Positions 63,560 to 64,000 of a DNA stretch of 64,000 nucleotides are shown one piece after another (the stretch's first letter is position 1; every line of letters starts with the position of its first letter). The position numbers were made by a program, and so were the translations under genes. The notes beneath the pieces were generated by a model. The model was not told the origin of the DNA and did no database searches. It saw only the letters and a list, made by a program, of their open reading frames with translations. The stretch spans positions 62,001 through 126,000 of IMG/VR virus record IMGVR_UViG_3300042326_002445, one strand, 5' to 3'.

Positions 63560-64000
63560 TTCTATTAGTAAGCAAAAAGCTGATGCAGTTATTATAAAAA
63601 GTAATTGCAAGCTTTGCAATAGCGCATTCAGGCAGGACGCAGAAGAACTGTATGGACATGAGAAAAATCTGACTGCCGTGCATAGGCTCTTGAAGTCAAA
63701 TAATGAAGATATTTCTATTCCTTCAATTAGGTCACATATGATTAATCATTTTATTGATGTCAATAGGCACGAAAAAATGAGAGAATATGTTGAAGATCTT
63801 TCAAAGTGGAAAGAGGTATCTGCATCAAAAGCAGAAAGATTGCAAACTTATTTGTCTATATTAGAAAAAAGAATATTTCAGATTGCTAGTGCTGTTGAGG
63901 ATAGAACAGATCCTGAAAGCATGAAGCAGACTGAAGTCTTGAATAAGCTTATAGATCAGGCAAATACTATACAACTAGCTCTTACTGAAGAATCTGAACG
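63531..64000 (+). CDS. 3'-truncated hypothetical protein (not in the ORF track) with CxxC plus HTH-like segment
   Basis: Translated by hand: MEDRALRTINSISKQKADAVIIKSNCKLCNSAFRQDAEELY...SIRSHMINHF...; open to the window edge. Confidence 0.6.
   Translation, partial: MEDRALRTINSISKQKADAVIIKSNCKLCNSAFRQDAEELYGHEKNLTAVHRLLKSNNEDISIPSIRSHMINHFIDVNRHEKMREYVEDLSKWKEVSASKAERLQTYLSILEKRIFQIASAVEDRTDPESMKQTEVLNKLIDQANTIQLALTEESE

Noticed and set aside
1-64000. Alternative genetic code (TAG/TGA recoding) as in some jumbo phages; tRNA or rRNA genes
   Set aside because: Very long ORFs are intact under code 11 and all three stops end genes at overlap junctions; intergenic gaps are too short (under about 65 nt) for tRNAs and no cloverleaf was seen.

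Overview
A ~30% GC, gene-dense window coded entirely on the + strand with standard code 11 and many ATGA/TAATG overlaps. It is best read as part of a jumbo bacteriophage genome. This is an inference: no capsid, portal or large terminase gene lies in the window, but it has a gp32-like SSB, UvsW-like helicase, dNMP kinase, Cas4-like nuclease and RuvC, and no ribosomal genes. 1-22.9 kb: a 5'-truncated glycoside-hydrolase-like ORF, two giant multidomain probable virion/adhesion proteins (2587 and 3965 aa; beta-helix, RCC1, dockerin-like, LamG, Kelch, PPC, poly-Ser, an apparently split vWA) and a trypsin-like protease coupled between them. 22.9-25.5 kb: three glycosyltransferases. 25-46.8 kb: a bacterial-type replication/recombination block with IF3, a DnaC/DnaI-like loader, DnaB, a primase split into two distant genes, an intein-less two-piece DnaE, SSB, RecA, Cas4-like nuclease, SpoVS and UvrD. 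46.7-51.8 kb: a nonulosonic-acid (sialic acid/KDN-type) module of two Maf/DUF115-like genes, NeuA, NeuB, a KdsC-like phosphatase and a GT4. 52-64 kb: degenerate enzymes, a ~60% GC DUF3892-like gene with a strong terminator, dNMP kinase, DnaX, a SigH-like sigma factor, beta clamp, NDP-sugar epimerase and RuvC. The top candidate novel system is phage-encoded CMP-nonulosonate synthesis and transfer, possibly decorating the poly-Ser tracts of the giant proteins; the split DnaE is second. No tRNA, rRNA, CRISPR array, intein or transposase was seen. All family calls are by-eye motif recognition, not database searches.
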